The notes beneath the pieces are model-generated. The model was not told the DNA's origin. It saw only the letters and a program-made list of their open reading frames with translations, and ran no database searches. DNA of 64,000 nucleotides, from NCBI GenBank assembly GCA_001778495.1, contig MFHE01000014.1, positions 8,409-72,408 on the forward strand, given 5' to 3'. Below, in pieces: positions 63,281 to 64,000 of this stretch. Each line of letters begins with the position of its first letter. Position 1 is the first letter of the stretch. Made by a program: the position numbers and the translations under genes. The stretch is from Candidatus Giovannonibacteria bacterium RIFCSPHIGHO2_01_FULL_45_24. GTDB lineage: Bacteria; Patescibacteriota; Minisyncoccia; UBA11713; 2-01-FULL-45-33.

Positions 63281-63303
63281 CCCCCTCTTAATGTAAGAGG
63301 GGG
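63281..63303. repeat. Hairpin repeat family 2, copy C (CCCCCTCTTA-ATG-TAAGAGGGGG)
   Basis: Perfect 10-bp stem. It lies 15 nt upstream of the DUF559 start. Confidence 0.9.
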
Positions 63304-63313
63304 CTAGGGGGCG

Positions 63314-63820
63314 TTATTTCTTTATTATGTATTTCCCCGGCTCCTCCCCGAGGTCAATAAATTCATCGCAGATTTCTTTGAGTTTTCCCGACGTTGAGCG
63401 GCCGAAAGCAATAATCTCAACTCTCCGCCCTTGATTTTTTAAATATTCAACTAAGGGTATGAGATCGCCGTCGCCACAGGCGATTACAATCGTGTCCACA
63501 ATCTCCGCCGTGCGGATGGCATCCACAGCAAGCCCCACGTCCCAGTCCGCCTTTTTCGCCCCGCCAAAAAATTCCTGCAGGTCTTTTTCGCGCGTCTCAA
63601 TGCCAAGCTTAATGAGCGCCTCAAAAAACGGCTTCTCCTCACCCGTTTTTGTGCGGATGACATATCCGAAAGCGCGGATGAGCTGCCGCCCGCCAATGGC
63701 CGTTTGAAGCAGGTTTTTAAAATTTACTCTTCCGCCGAAAAGACTCCGCGCGGAGTGGTAAAGGTTCTGCGCGTCTATAAAGACCGCGACGCGCTGATTT
63801 TTATGTTTAATGTCAGGCAT
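63314..63820 (-). CDS. NYN-domain (LabA/DUF88-like) predicted RNase
   Basis: RVAVFIDAQNLYHSAR, DVGLAVDA, IVIACGDGDLIPLV. Confidence 0.8.
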   Translation of the reverse strand: MPDIKHKNQRVAVFIDAQNLYHSARSLFGGRVNFKNLLQTAIGGRQLIRAFGYVIRTKTGEEKPFFEALIKLGIETREKDLQEFFGGAKKADWDVGLAVDAIRTAEIVDTIVIACGDGDLIPLVEYLKNQGRRVEIIAFGRSTSGKLKEICDEFIDLGEEPGKYIIKK

Positions 63821-63912
63821 GGGGATAATACTAATCTACAAATCTTACACGAATAATACGAATGGTGAATATTTGTGATTTGTGGCATTCGAATATCATT
63901 CGTTGATTTGCA

Positions 63913-64000
63913 TTACTTGCGTAAGCCGAGTTTTTTAATCAGTTTTTCGTAGGACGCTTTGTCTTTTTTGGAAAGATACTCCAGAAATTTTTTTCTTTTG
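63913..64000 (-). CDS. rpsO: 30S ribosomal protein S15, C-terminal end (CDS continues past the right edge)
   Basis: The reverse complement reads ..KRKKFLEYLSKKDKASYEKLIKKLGLRK*, the S15 C-terminal pattern. TAA at 63915-63913. Confidence 0.8.
   Translation of the reverse strand, partial: KRKKFLEYLSKKDKASYEKLIKKLGLRK

Overview
The window looks like a chromosomal fragment from a small-genome bacterium. My best guess is a Patescibacteria/CPR-like organism, based only on gene content and a CPR-style T4SS pilin. The genetic code is standard: conserved genes end on TGA.

Housekeeping content:
- The str operon on the minus strand, rpsL-rpsG-[inserted ORF]-fusA-tuf, with tuf cut by the left edge.
- rpmB, tRNA-Pro(GGG) and tRNA-Arg(CCG).
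- The origin neighbourhood: dnaN<dnaA | rpmH-rnpA-yidC-jag.
- Repair and recombination genes: ruvA, ruvB, ruvC, uvrB, a UvrD/PcrA-like helicase and a stand-alone 5'-3' exonuclease.
- Wall genes: a murE-like ligase, PBP1A and a LysM-M23 peptidase.
- tyrS, rsmA, tsaE, holA-like, comM/yifB, a peroxiredoxin, a DksA/TraR-like protein, pnp and the 3' end of rpsO.

Accessory content:
- A solute-binding-protein / tandem-REC / Cache-PAS histidine kinase module.
- An orphan PilB-like ATPase.
- Three toxin-antitoxin-like pairs.
- A 2.3-kb islet splitting rpsO from pnp.
- Two families of perfect palindromic hairpin repeats. One copy lies in-frame inside rsmA.
- Two roughly 165-190-nt intergenic elements closed by long inverted repeats.

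The stand-out is a ~13.8-kb, tightly coupled minus-strand block (37016-50834). It has a VirB2-like pilin, a PrgI/VirB3-like protein, a VirB4-like ATPase and a giant VirB6/TrbL-like membrane protein. These sit among about nine secreted or membrane proteins I cannot assign to any family. No relaxase, coupling protein or VirB11 is visible. I read it as a non-conjugative T4SS-like surface or contact apparatus.

All family calls come from reading the translated ORFs and motifs by eye. No database search was possible.
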